Below, piece by piece: positions 27,279 to 36,853 of a stretch of 64,000 bases of DNA; position 1 is the stretch's first letter; every line of letters starts with the position of its first letter. Made by a program: the position numbers and the translations under genes. The notes below the pieces were generated by a model. That model made no database searches. It saw nothing but the letters and a program-made list of their open reading frames with translations, and had not been told where the DNA came from. Location of the stretch: the NCBI GenBank assembly GCA_963768055.1, contig CAVYGN010000001.1, positions 96,001 to 160,000 of the forward strand, given 5' to 3'. Origin of the DNA: an uncultured Spirochaetota bacterium (GTDB lineage: Bacteria; Spirochaetota; Brevinematia; Brevinematales; JAOACQ01).

Positions 27279-27908
27279 TCAATTATGATAGCTGAAATCA
27301 AGCTCCGCTGTACCCAGGACTTTGCCGTTGATAGCCGCCAGGAGTTCATCGAGGCTGAACCCGTCTTTAAGACCGGTTGAGGCCGAAAGGGCGTAAACTT
27401 TAAGTCTGTATATGTGAATAATCGGTTTCTTCGCGTCTTTCGGAAAATCCGACGGGGGCTGGGGTCCTGTATAACCGATGGAACCGGATCCGTTCTTCCC
27501 CTGAATAAAATCATGCCCTGTAGCTGAAGCGTTATCTTTAAGACCTTTCATCGAAGGATCGATATCTGCCGCGGCCCAGTGAAGGAAAGAGTCTCCCTTC
27601 ATGCCGTAACTTGCCATGACCTTCTTCGCGTCAGGGTCATCCAGGATAAGGGCGAGATATTTTGTCCCTGAAGGCAGGTTCTTCCATGTGAATGGAAAAG
27701 ACCTCTTGTTTGAGGGACCCTTGTCCCTGGCTGCGTACAAGGCGCTGATGCTTCCCGACGATTTTAAGCCCGAATCAAAACCGGTCCGGGGCGAACCCTT
27801 CACTGCCGGCGACCATAATTTAAATTGGCCGGATGCGGCTGAAATAGCAATTGCCGAAAATAGAGCTATTACTGTAAGAAACAAGAGACCTGACGAGTTT
27901 TTTCCCAT
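27279..27908 (-). CDS. YbhB/YbcL (PEBP/Raf kinase inhibitor-like) exported protein
   Basis: LILDDPDA, FLHW, GYTGPQPP, HIYRLKVYAL motifs. Confidence 0.88.
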   Translation of the reverse strand: MGKNSSGLLFLTVIALFSAIAISAASGQFKLWSPAVKGSPRTGFDSGLKSSGSISALYAARDKGPSNKRSFPFTWKNLPSGTKYLALILDDPDAKKVMASYGMKGDSFLHWAAADIDPSMKGLKDNASATGHDFIQGKNGSGSIGYTGPQPPSDFPKDAKKPIIHIYRLKVYALSASTGLKDGFSLDELLAAINGKVLGTAELDFSYHN

Positions 27909-27931
27909 ATAAACCTCCTGAATTTTTATTA

Positions 27932-28045
27932 TAAGGGCAGTTCTAATATCTCAAGAATATTACCATTTAAATCAACAAGTTTCAGAATAACTCTATATGC
28001 ATGTCCTATGGGTGCCTCCTATCCGAAGGTTTTTAGAAGCGCCAT
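27932..28045. repeat. Short MITE-like element with GGGCACTTCTAA-type ends
   Basis: TAAGGGCAGTTCTAATA ... TTTTTAGAAGCGCC imperfect IRs; relatives at 12447, 43681 and 47674. Confidence 0.55.
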
Positions 28046-28084
28046 TTAATAATAATCGAGGGAGGCCGGGAACGTCAAATACTG

Positions 28085-29359
28085 CTAGCGGGCAAGGCGG
28101 TAATAGTTATCGGGATTATATATGTAATAGCAATCGACAGGTTCAAGCCTTGGAAGGAGTTTAAAACGTTTGCCTTCGGGATCGGTCTGCTCATTTATAT
28201 CGTATGAATGAGGCCTGGCTGAAATTGCTGTAATGGAATCCGGGTTCCTTATATAGGATTCTTCATTAATTGTATCTACAACCTGGTCTACCCATTTGAG
28301 CTTTTTTGCGTTGTCGGCGAATTCCATCCAGTCACCTGTACTGCGGTGTTTATACATTTCCCTGATGAAATCATCAAGGCTTAAACCCATTTTTAATGCA
28401 ACCGGGGCGGCAAGCCTCTTCCACCATTCTTCAATATCTTTAACCGATTCCTTTTGTTCCGTCAAATTTCCCATACTGACGCTCAATATCTGGTGATGCA
28501 GTATAATAGCGTTCTGATAGGCGAAGGATTTTTTTGCCTGCGTAGTAATATTGGCTGCCATGCTTGCAGCGAAAGATTTAACAACGACATATACCGGCGC
28601 CGGGCTTCCGTTCATTGCCTTGAGGATTTTGTAACCGGCCATGACCGATCCGCCCGGAGAACTGTCGATCACTACAAAAATGGGATAAACGCTGTTCTGA
28701 TTATTGAAATAATTTATTCGTTCGACCACAAAGTCGGCGCTTTCCATAGTGATTACATCATTAAGGGCAATACGCCGGTCGCTTATAGTCAGTATGCCGT
28801 TTTTGAAGGGTTCCATGGTATATTGCATATCATGTTTAACCCTGTTGTTCAACTGGTCCTGTTTATCCCGAACCTCAATTTCGTTATTTAATAATGCGAC
28901 CTTATTATCGAGCTCCATTTTCTGGAGATCGAGTTCCGTCATCCTGAACTGATATTCGGTTTTCTTCCTGCTGAGTTCGCTCATCTTTGCCGCGTTCTCC
29001 GCTTCTACCAGGTCATTTGTAGCCCTTAGTTTTTCAACATGGAATCTTAAATCCGCAAGCTCATCATCCTCTTTCTCCTTCCTTTCGGCTTCTTTCAAGG
29101 CGGCGCGTTTTGTATATAGTTCGAGTTTCCTGGAAATTTCTTCGAGCTCCGACTGTAACGATGCAAGGCTTTTCTGGAGCATTTGCTCGGCTATACTGTT
29201 TTCAAGAACCAGCTTGTCATGCTCTTTACGGAGTTCTGATAACGGGTCGGAGGTTACGGCATTGGTATCCTGTGCAGCTGCTCCGAAAGCGCCCGACATA
29301 GCAAGTGTAAAAAACAATATTAAAGCTGGTATGATAATTATGCCGGTAGGTTTTCTCAT
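28085..29359 (-). CDS. Exported coiled-coil protein with C-terminal ClpP-like (S14/crotonase-fold) peptidase domain
   Basis: Signal peptide; IDSSPGGSV, FAASMAA (Ser), ILHHQ (His), DWMEFADNAKKLKWVD (Asp). Confidence 0.8.
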   Translation of the reverse strand: MRKPTGIIIIPALILFFTLAMSGAFGAAAQDTNAVTSDPLSELRKEHDKLVLENSIAEQMLQKSLASLQSELEEISRKLELYTKRAALKEAERKEKEDDELADLRFHVEKLRATNDLVEAENAAKMSELSRKKTEYQFRMTELDLQKMELDNKVALLNNEIEVRDKQDQLNNRVKHDMQYTMEPFKNGILTISDRRIALNDVITMESADFVVERINYFNNQNSVYPIFVVIDSSPGGSVMAGYKILKAMNGSPAPVYVVVKSFAASMAANITTQAKKSFAYQNAIILHHQILSVSMGNLTEQKESVKDIEEWWKRLAAPVALKMGLSLDDFIREMYKHRSTGDWMEFADNAKKLKWVDQVVDTINEESYIRNPDSITAISARPHSYDINEQTDPEGKRFKLLPRLEPVDCYYIYNPDNYYRLAR

Positions 29360-29697
29360 AAGATACTCCTCAAAGGGTTCTAGGGTGTTTTACACAGAGA
29401 AACATAGACACGGAGAGTTTAAAAGAAAGACAAATTAATCAAATATTCTAACCATCCATGTATTTAGATTCATGAAATGGGCTAAACAACAAACCAAAAC
29501 TTAATAAGGAAAAGTTGAAAATGATTTAAAAGTTTGTAAAGGTCTTATTAAGATTGGTATTTTAAAAAAAACTCCGTGACTCTGCGCCTCCGTGTAAATT
29601 CACACTCCTAAGATATAATTATAATATGATTTTACAGATATCTCCAAAATTATTTGTGTAATCTGTTCATTCTGAGGCTCTGATCCGTTCAGGGCTG

Positions 29698-31884
29698 TCA
29701 TTGCACAAGGTTTAGACCTTCTTTTTTTGCAAGAACAAATTTTTCGACTAAATTATGAAGTATATTGGCATAGTTCTGATTATCTTCAATTATCGATTTT
29801 ATCTGGTCAAGGGACCCGATAAGCTGGGTCAAATTATCAATGTGGGTTTTGACATTGTCCTTGCTCTTTAAAGAGAAATCACGGAGATCTCTAAGGGCGG
29901 CGCTGAATTCTTCCGTGGCGTTCTTCTGTTCTTCCATAGAAATTTGAACCTCCTCCGTGATCCTGACAAGTTCCTGCGTCGCTTTTAGTATTTCCTGAGA
30001 GCCGTTGTTCTGCTCCGCTATGGCAAGCATCAGCTCTTCGATGACCCTGGAATTCTGCCGTGAATAATCCATGATCATGTCGAGGCCTCCTCCCGCTTTT
30101 TCAGCAAGATCGACCGAATCTTCGATTTTATGGATAATATTCCTTACAACGTTGCCGATTTCCTTGGTGTTCCTGTTTGTGTCGTCTGAAAGTTTTCTGA
30201 TCTCACCGGCTACTATCGAGAATCCCTTTCCATGCTCTCCCGCGTGTGTCGCCTCTATTGCGGCGTTCATAGCGAGAAGATTTGTCTGGCTGGCGATATT
30301 CGTGATTAAATCGACCAATTTCAGGATTTGCTGCGAAAATTGGGATACTTCCTTTATCGAAGACAATGTCGACTTTACCAGCATCCCGCCGTCATTGGCA
30401 ACTTTATTAAGGCTGCTGGAAATTTCATTACTTTGTTTCGACATCTTCATTGTGTTCTCTATATTTCTCGCCATCTCTTCAATAGAACCCGACTGTTCTT
30501 CTACCGATGAGGATTGCCGCGTCATATTTTTTGCGATCCCGCTGATATTCCTCGAGATCTCCTCAAGGGTGCTTGAGAGTTCTTCAACTTCTGTTGTCGA
30601 GTTCTCGGTTTGGCCTCCGATCTGCTGGATATTGGCTTTTATTTCATCGATATTGGCGCCGCTGTTAACCAGGGCAAGGAAAGCCCTATCGGAAACGTCC
30701 TTGATCCTGACAGATACTTTTTCAACATTCGATATTTCTTCATTCAGATTTCCCATGAATTTATTGAATTCATTGGACAGCATGCCCACTTCGTCGCCTG
30801 TAGAAAGTTCAATTCGTTTTGTGAGGTCGCCTGAAGCTCCCTTGGTGAAAATATCCATAAAAGTGCCTATTTCCCCTCCGATCGATTTCAGGATATAATA
30901 TGTAACAAAGGCAATTAATATGACAACCGCCGACAGTATGACCGCCATCCTGATTATCAGAGAAATAAGCCTGTTGTATAAATGGGTTATATCCGTATAG
31001 GCGAATATTCCCCCGACTTTTCTATTGCCGGCGTCATATAAGGGGAAAACTGCAAGATTGTAATGTTTCGATCCGGCTGTCAGGTTATTCAAAAAAACAC
31101 CTGCATCGGGCAGCTTTTCAAAGTCGACGTTAAGATCGAGAGTGATGTTGGTCGCTGTGTTATCGACGATAAGAAGGTCTTTCAAATCGTCCCAGTTGTC
31201 GCGTAAACCCTGGGTCTGCCTGACCGAGTGCCATCCGCTCCGGCTGAGATATTTTTTTAAAATGACAAGCCCGAACTCATTGTCCGTCCCTTGTTTAAGC
31301 GTCTGAAAAAAGGAGTCTATTTCCTCCCCCAGTTCCATATATCCTATAAGTTTCCCTTTATCATAATAGGGGTGGACGACACGGAGCGCGAATGCAGTTT
31401 GCCCGAGTTCAAGACCTGTACCGTACGATTTTGTTTTAACTGAATCAAGGTAGGTATGCCTGTTTATTGTATCGCCGTAATTGGTCGGGTCATGCACCCT
31501 CAAAAAGCATTTAGAATCAGGCTCGGGGAGAATAAAGTACCAGTGCGTGATGCTGTAATTTGTTTTAAGATTTTGAAAAATCGGAGAAGCGATCCTGTAC
31601 AGTTTTTCCCTGTCCCTTTCCAGGAAGGCTTTTTTTATCGGCCCATTTTCCAGAAGGACGTCAAGTGTTGAAGAAAGCTTTACGGTATCGCTTTCTTTCG
31701 TGTATTTGAAATTTTCAATATCGGTTTTTACAGCATAAGAAAGGAAGAAGTTAATGTCGCTGTTGAATATTACCAGGCCGAAGATGAAGCATGAAAGGAC
31801 AGCCATTACAAAAAGGGCTGAAACGAGAATAAGGATCTTGGTTTTTATGGACAGGGAAGGCTTGATTGATTTTTTATCAGCCAT
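29698..31884 (-). CDS. Methyl-accepting chemotaxis protein with Cache-type sensor and HAMP domain
   Basis: Two TM helices, GDLTKRI...DEVG HAMP, IASQTNLLAMNAAIEATHAGEHGKGFSIVAGEIRKLS. Confidence 0.93.
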   Translation of the reverse strand: MADKKSIKPSLSIKTKILILVSALFVMAVLSCFIFGLVIFNSDINFFLSYAVKTDIENFKYTKESDTVKLSSTLDVLLENGPIKKAFLERDREKLYRIASPIFQNLKTNYSITHWYFILPEPDSKCFLRVHDPTNYGDTINRHTYLDSVKTKSYGTGLELGQTAFALRVVHPYYDKGKLIGYMELGEEIDSFFQTLKQGTDNEFGLVILKKYLSRSGWHSVRQTQGLRDNWDDLKDLLIVDNTATNITLDLNVDFEKLPDAGVFLNNLTAGSKHYNLAVFPLYDAGNRKVGGIFAYTDITHLYNRLISLIIRMAVILSAVVILIAFVTYYILKSIGGEIGTFMDIFTKGASGDLTKRIELSTGDEVGMLSNEFNKFMGNLNEEISNVEKVSVRIKDVSDRAFLALVNSGANIDEIKANIQQIGGQTENSTTEVEELSSTLEEISRNISGIAKNMTRQSSSVEEQSGSIEEMARNIENTMKMSKQSNEISSSLNKVANDGGMLVKSTLSSIKEVSQFSQQILKLVDLITNIASQTNLLAMNAAIEATHAGEHGKGFSIVAGEIRKLSDDTNRNTKEIGNVVRNIIHKIEDSVDLAEKAGGGLDMIMDYSRQNSRVIEELMLAIAEQNNGSQEILKATQELVRITEEVQISMEEQKNATEEFSAALRDLRDFSLKSKDNVKTHIDNLTQLIGSLDQIKSIIEDNQNYANILHNLVEKFVLAKKEGLNLVQ

Positions 31885-31986
31885 TGGAATCCTCCGAATA
31901 ATAATCCGCAATTTAGAGTGATTTTTTCATTGCTACAATATAATAAGGATCAAAAAATAGTCAAGTAATGGGAATCAAAAGGAATC

Positions 31987-32331
31987 CTAATACGTGATGA
32001 TCAATGCCAGCAATTCAAGGTCGCTTGATCCGGTATTGCTGATCGAATGCGTTTCACCGTTCCCGGTGACCATGACATCTCCCTGTTTTATCTCTTTAAC
32101 GACGCCGTTATCATTTACAGTGCCGGTACCTTTTTGAATGATGAAATATTCGGTTTCATTCAGGTGCTCATGTGAACCGACGCCGGAACCCGGAGCTATA
32201 GTCAGCCGGGCCAGTAAACGTGCGTTTTTCATGACGGGGCCTTCCACATAGTGCAGCAGGGAGACCGAACCTTCACCCCCGCGCATTTTTTCCTTTAGTT
32301 CTTTTCGCATTTCCGATGGATGGATAAGCAT
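31987..32331 (-). CDS. Cupin domain protein
   Basis: HEHLNETEY...GETHSISN metal motifs. Confidence 0.85.
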   Translation of the reverse strand: MLIHPSEMRKELKEKMRGGEGSVSLLHYVEGPVMKNARLLARLTIAPGSGVGSHEHLNETEYFIIQKGTGTVNDNGVVKEIKQGDVMVTGNGETHSISNTGSSDLELLALIITY

Positions 32332-32359
32332 AATAATATTTCCTCCCATATGTATTTGA

Positions 32360-32827
32360 TCAGGAATTAAATTCTTCAAGCCTGCCTAAAAAAGAACCGA
32401 TTTCCGATGCAATATCTTCAATTCTTTCTTTGAGTTCCGGCGAAAGGCCCTCGCCGTATTCCGCTTTTTTTATCTGGATTCCGGCTATAAGGACTTTTAC
32501 AGAGAGCCCTAATCCCCGGTATAACTGAAAAAGTCCCGGAAGGGTCAGTTCGTGAGTCGAGAAATTCTCATAAGCGGACTTATAATCGGCTTCTTCCAGC
32601 CTGAAGATCCTCAATGCGCCGGCTTCAAGCCCCGCATCTACAGCGTCGATCAAAAGGACTATGGGATATTCGCTTATTATATTAACAAGGTCCAGTCCGG
32701 CCGCACCGAAATTAATAAATGCGAGATTTGTATTGCCCGGGAATTTTTTTTGAAGTTGGAGAAGGACTGATATTCCTATACCGTCGTCTCCCCGCAGTGT
32801 GTTGCCGATTCCGATTACGCCTATCAT
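32360..32827 (-). CDS. Hydrogenase maturation protease
   Basis: GIGNTLRGDDGIG, LIDAVD, STHE motifs. Confidence 0.9.
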   Translation of the reverse strand: MIGVIGIGNTLRGDDGIGISVLLQLQKKFPGNTNLAFINFGAAGLDLVNIISEYPIVLLIDAVDAGLEAGALRIFRLEEADYKSAYENFSTHELTLPGLFQLYRGLGLSVKVLIAGIQIKKAEYGEGLSPELKERIEDIASEIGSFLGRLEEFNS

Positions 32828-33027
32828 GCATTTATTCTATACTATTGAACGAAATTAGACAATGTTCCATCAACCATGGGTTTAAGCAGCAGATTTTTCA
32901 AAGATTTTACGTATGGAGATCCTCTAAGACACGCGAATAATGAAAAGAGTTATGGAAAATATGTAAGTGGATCTTAGCGTGACTTTGAGGAAGATTTTGC
33001 AAATTATATAGTTCGGAAATTTTATTT

Positions 33028-33056
33028 TTGACAAAACCGCCGGCTTGAAATAGAAT
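33028..33056 (+). promoter_or_regulatory. Sigma-70-type promoter
   Basis: TTGACA-17nt-TAGAAT upstream of 33103. Confidence 0.7.
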
Positions 33057-33102
33057 GTTAATTCAAATTGCTTACAAATTGTAAGTTATTCGGAGAATTT
33101 AT

Positions 33103-35745
33103 ATGAAAGGTCCGCAGGAGAAGGAGAAGGATCAGAACATAGCGGAAGCTTTTCTTAATAAAACGCTTACAGCCGGAGTGATCTCCGGCGATCTCAAAGC
33201 GGTTATCGCATCAATGCCAATAGCCATGGCCGTTTATGATAAAAATGCAGAAATTATTATTTCCAGTGAAGCCGCCGAAGCGATATTCTCACGGTTCAAT
33301 ATAAGTCTGGAATATTTTAATAAACCTGTTTGCCGGGCCTTAAAAGGGGAAACGGTAAATAATTTTGAAATGACTGTTATAGCCCATGACGGCGGGGAAG
33401 TGAGTTTATCGATAAATTGTGTCCCAATGTTTACGGATGAAGGTAAAATAGCCTGTACGATTGCAACTTTTCTGGAGATTACCGAATATAAAACAAAAGA
33501 ACAAACTATAATAAAGCTTAACAAGACCTTAAAGGCGCTCAGCAGGAGCAGTCAGGCCATGATGAGGGCTGTTGATGAAAAGGAATATTTGAACGAGGTA
33601 TGCAGGATCATTGTGGAGGATTGCTCTTATTCCATGGTATGGATCGGTTATTCAATGGAAGACGAGGGGAAATCAGTGGTCCCTGTGGCTTTTTCAGGGA
33701 TGGAAGAGGGATACCTTGAACAACTTAATGTAACCTGGGCCGATACTGAAAGAGGGAGGGGCCCCACGGGAACTGCCGTCAGGACAGGTAAAATAAGCTG
33801 GTGTTCGGATATGAAAACAAACCAGGCTTTCAAACCCTGGAAGGAAGAGGCTTTAAAACGGGGTTACGCCTCCTCGATCGCATTTCCTCTTCTTACAGGC
33901 GATAAGAGTTTCGGGGCGCTGACGATTTATTCTGACATTATAAATTCATTTACCAGCGATGAAATGGATCTGCTCGCGGAGCTGGCATCTGATTTATCCT
34001 TCGGAATAACATCTTTAAGGGTCAAAGCCGCACAGTTTAAAATTGAGGAAAGGCTTTTTTACCAGGCAGGTATTATCAACAACGTTCATGACGCAATAAT
34101 CAGTTTAGATCCGGATTTGAATATAATGGAATGGAACAATGCGGCGGAACAATTGTACGGATGGAAATCCTGGGAAGCTATAGGACGGCACATGAAAGAT
34201 GTTGTAAAGACGGAAATAAGCGAAGAGGCCAGGAAACGCCTGCTGAAAATTGCCGTTAACAAAGGCTCAATGATTACCGAAGCTGTACACCACAACAGGG
34301 ACGGCAGGGCGATTTTCGTAGAAAGTAATTTAAGCATAATCTATGACCTGGAAGGCAAAATTACAGGTTATCTGACAGTGAACCGTGATATAACCGAAAG
34401 AAAAAAAGCCGAAGATAGGCAAGCTTACCTTGCCTCATTTCCCGCCCAGAATCCCAATCCGATTTTCGAGATTAGCCTGGATGGAAACATTCTCTATGAA
34501 AACGATGCGGCATTAAAGATATTAAATACTGAAAGTAAAACCGGCGTTAAGGAAATATTCCCGGGTATCGATAATTCCCTTATCGAGGCCGTTATTACGA
34601 ATAAAATAATAAGGCGGGAAACCGAAATTAATGGGAAATGGTATCGGCAGGCGATACAGTATTTTGAAACCATACCGAATATCAGAATATATATGGTGGA
34701 TATAACCGACAGGGTAATAATGGAAAGAGAACTGGAAAAGGCAAAAAATGACGCTGAAAATGCAAATGAGGCTAAAAGCCGTTTTCTGGCCAACATGAGC
34801 CATGAATTGAGGACCCCTCTTAATGCGATCATCGGCTACGCAAAAAACCTTGGCGCCAGCGGCGGATTAACGGAAAATCAAAGAGACAATATTGAAGTTA
34901 TCGGTAAGAGCGGCGAACGCCTGCTCATGATGATAAATAACCTGCTGGATTTATCCAAGATCGAAGCCGGTAAAATGGAATTAAAAAGAAAATCTTTCAA
35001 CCTGCCCGATTTGCTCGAATCGGCTATCGATCTGATAAAAATCCAGGCCGAGGACAAGAACCTCGTCCTTGTCATCAGCATCGATCCGGACCTCCCCGCT
35101 TTTGTATACGGAGACGAGGTATGTCTGGAGCAGGTCCTTATAAATCTGCTTAATAACGCAGTGAAATTTACTAACGAAGGAAGTGTTACGCTTCGCGCGA
35201 AAAATAAGGGCAGTTCAGTATTATTCGAGATAGAGGATACGGGAATAGGAATAGCCTCCGATAAAGTTGAAGCTATTTTCGAGCCCTTCGGGCAATTAAT
35301 TGCTGATAAAGAATATGGAAAGGGTACAGGGCTCGGGTTATCAATAAGCCGCAAACTTGTAAATATGATGGGGGGCGATCTCTACGTACAAAGCTCTCCG
35401 GGAAAGGGCAGTACTTTCAGGTTCGAACTTGAGTTTGAAGAATCGAAAAATAAGGGTGCCAATCGAAAAATAAAAAGCAACGACCGGGTCATGGACTATA
35501 AATTTAAAAATGACGATAGTTTCATTATACCGCCCCCCAGGGAGGATATTGAAAAGCTCGTTCAGCTATCGAGGATCGGCGATATTATGAGTATAAGAAG
35601 ATGGCTTGAAAAGGAAAAAAATTCTAATAGCAGCAGATACGGCGCTTTTGTAGAAAAGGTTTATAATCTGTCAAAAAGCATAAAGATCGCGGATATAAGG
35701 AAATTTTTGGAGCGGTACATTGGGGAGGAAAATAATGAACTCTGA
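33103..35745 (+). CDS. PAS/GAF sensor histidine kinase
   Basis: GAF (GRGPTGTAVRTG), PAS domains, H-box FLANMSHELRTPLN, N/G1/G2 boxes. Confidence 0.92.
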   Translation: MKGPQEKEKDQNIAEAFLNKTLTAGVISGDLKAVIASMPIAMAVYDKNAEIIISSEAAEAIFSRFNISLEYFNKPVCRALKGETVNNFEMTVIAHDGGEVSLSINCVPMFTDEGKIACTIATFLEITEYKTKEQTIIKLNKTLKALSRSSQAMMRAVDEKEYLNEVCRIIVEDCSYSMVWIGYSMEDEGKSVVPVAFSGMEEGYLEQLNVTWADTERGRGPTGTAVRTGKISWCSDMKTNQAFKPWKEEALKRGYASSIAFPLLTGDKSFGALTIYSDIINSFTSDEMDLLAELASDLSFGITSLRVKAAQFKIEERLFYQAGIINNVHDAIISLDPDLNIMEWNNAAEQLYGWKSWEAIGRHMKDVVKTEISEEARKRLLKIAVNKGSMITEAVHHNRDGRAIFVESNLSIIYDLEGKITGYLTVNRDITERKKAEDRQAYLASFPAQNPNPIFEISLDGNILYENDAALKILNTESKTGVKEIFPGIDNSLIEAVITNKIIRRETEINGKWYRQAIQYFETIPNIRIYMVDITDRVIMERELEKAKNDAENANEAKSRFLANMSHELRTPLNAIIGYAKNLGASGGLTENQRDNIEVIGKSGERLLMMINNLLDLSKIEAGKMELKRKSFNLPDLLESAIDLIKIQAEDKNLVLVISIDPDLPAFVYGDEVCLEQVLINLLNNAVKFTNEGSVTLRAKNKGSSVLFEIEDTGIGIASDKVEAIFEPFGQLIADKEYGKGTGLGLSISRKLVNMMGGDLYVQSSPGKGSTFRFELEFEESKNKGANRKIKSNDRVMDYKFKNDDSFIIPPPREDIEKLVQLSRIGDIMSIRRWLEKEKNSNSSRYGAFVEKVYNLSKSIKIADIRKFLERYIGEENNEL

Positions 35746-36853
35746 AGATGAAAGGGATACCTGTATATTGATCGTGGATGATGATATAGATAATGTAAAT
35801 ATCCTACTTGATTTCCTGGATAAGGCCGGATTCCGTACTATGGTATCGACGGATGGGGTTACCGCCGTGGATCAGGCGGTCCAGAACAAGCCCGATATCA
35901 TTCTTCTCGACGTTATGATGCCCGGTCTGGATGGTTTTGAAACCTGCAGGTTTCTTAAAAAAAACGAGGAAGTAAGAGACATTCCCGTGATATTCATGAC
36001 GGCTCTTACCGAGACCGTCAACAAGGTCAAGGGTTTCGAGGCGGGAGGAGTGGATTATATCACTAAACCGTTCGATGTTGAAGAAGTCCTTGTACGGATT
36101 AAGACCCATATGACGATCCAGAAACTTCAGCATCAAATCCTTGAAAAAAACCTCGAATTGAGGGAGCTTAACGCCAGCAAGGATAAATTCTTTTCGATCC
36201 TGGCCCATGACCTTAGAAATCCAATGGCGGTGTTTCTTTCGTTCTCAAAGCTTTTAAATAATATTGAAAAAATGAATAAAAAAGAACTGGCACTTTATAT
36301 TAAACAGTTCCAGGAAAGCGCAACAAATCTTTTCGCACTCCTTGACAATCTCCTGACCTGGTCAAGGCTGCAGAGAGGCCTGGTAGAGTTTTCCCCCAAG
36401 GCGTTGAAAATTTACACCTTAGTGAACTGGAATATTAAGCTGCTTGAACCTTATATATGGCAAAAAAAGATTGTAATTAAAAATTTCGTAGGAGATAATA
36501 TTTTTATCAATGCGGATGAAAACATGGTCAATTCAATCATCCGGAACTTGATTTCTAACGCAGTGAAATTTAACAATACCGGGGGAACTATAGAAATTAA
36601 AGCTGAACAGGGTGATTTAGATGTTCATATTATTATATCCGATACCGGAATCGGTATTGCTCAAAGCGTCCTGCCAAATCTTTTCAGGATTGATTCGAGG
36701 ACGAAACAGCCGGGTACAATGGACGAAAGGGGGACCGGCCTGGGTTTGATACTTTGTAAGGAATTTACGGAAAAAAACGGGGGGAAGATCTGGATTGAAA
36801 GCGAGCCGGGCGCCGGTACAATTGTGCATTTAACTCTGCCGTTGAGTGTATAA
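35735..36853 (+). CDS. Hybrid response regulator receiver-histidine kinase
   Basis: ILIVDDD, LLDVMMP, KPF; AHDLRNP H-box; GTGLGL. Confidence 0.92.
   Translation: MNSEDERDTCILIVDDDIDNVNILLDFLDKAGFRTMVSTDGVTAVDQAVQNKPDIILLDVMMPGLDGFETCRFLKKNEEVRDIPVIFMTALTETVNKVKGFEAGGVDYITKPFDVEEVLVRIKTHMTIQKLQHQILEKNLELRELNASKDKFFSILAHDLRNPMAVFLSFSKLLNNIEKMNKKELALYIKQFQESATNLFALLDNLLTWSRLQRGLVEFSPKALKIYTLVNWNIKLLEPYIWQKKIVIKNFVGDNIFINADENMVNSIIRNLISNAVKFNNTGGTIEIKAEQGDLDVHIIISDTGIGIAQSVLPNLFRIDSRTKQPGTMDERGTGLGLILCKEFTEKNGGKIWIESEPGAGTIVHLTLPLSV

Noticed and set aside
30071..30898. Long antisense ORFs (this one, 13885-14457, 17760-18461 and similar)
   Set aside because: Shadows of well-supported genes on the opposite strand, with no motifs of their own.
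32360..32827. Hydrogenase maturation protease without hydrogenase genes
   Set aside because: Maturation genes are often unlinked; absence cannot be judged from one window.
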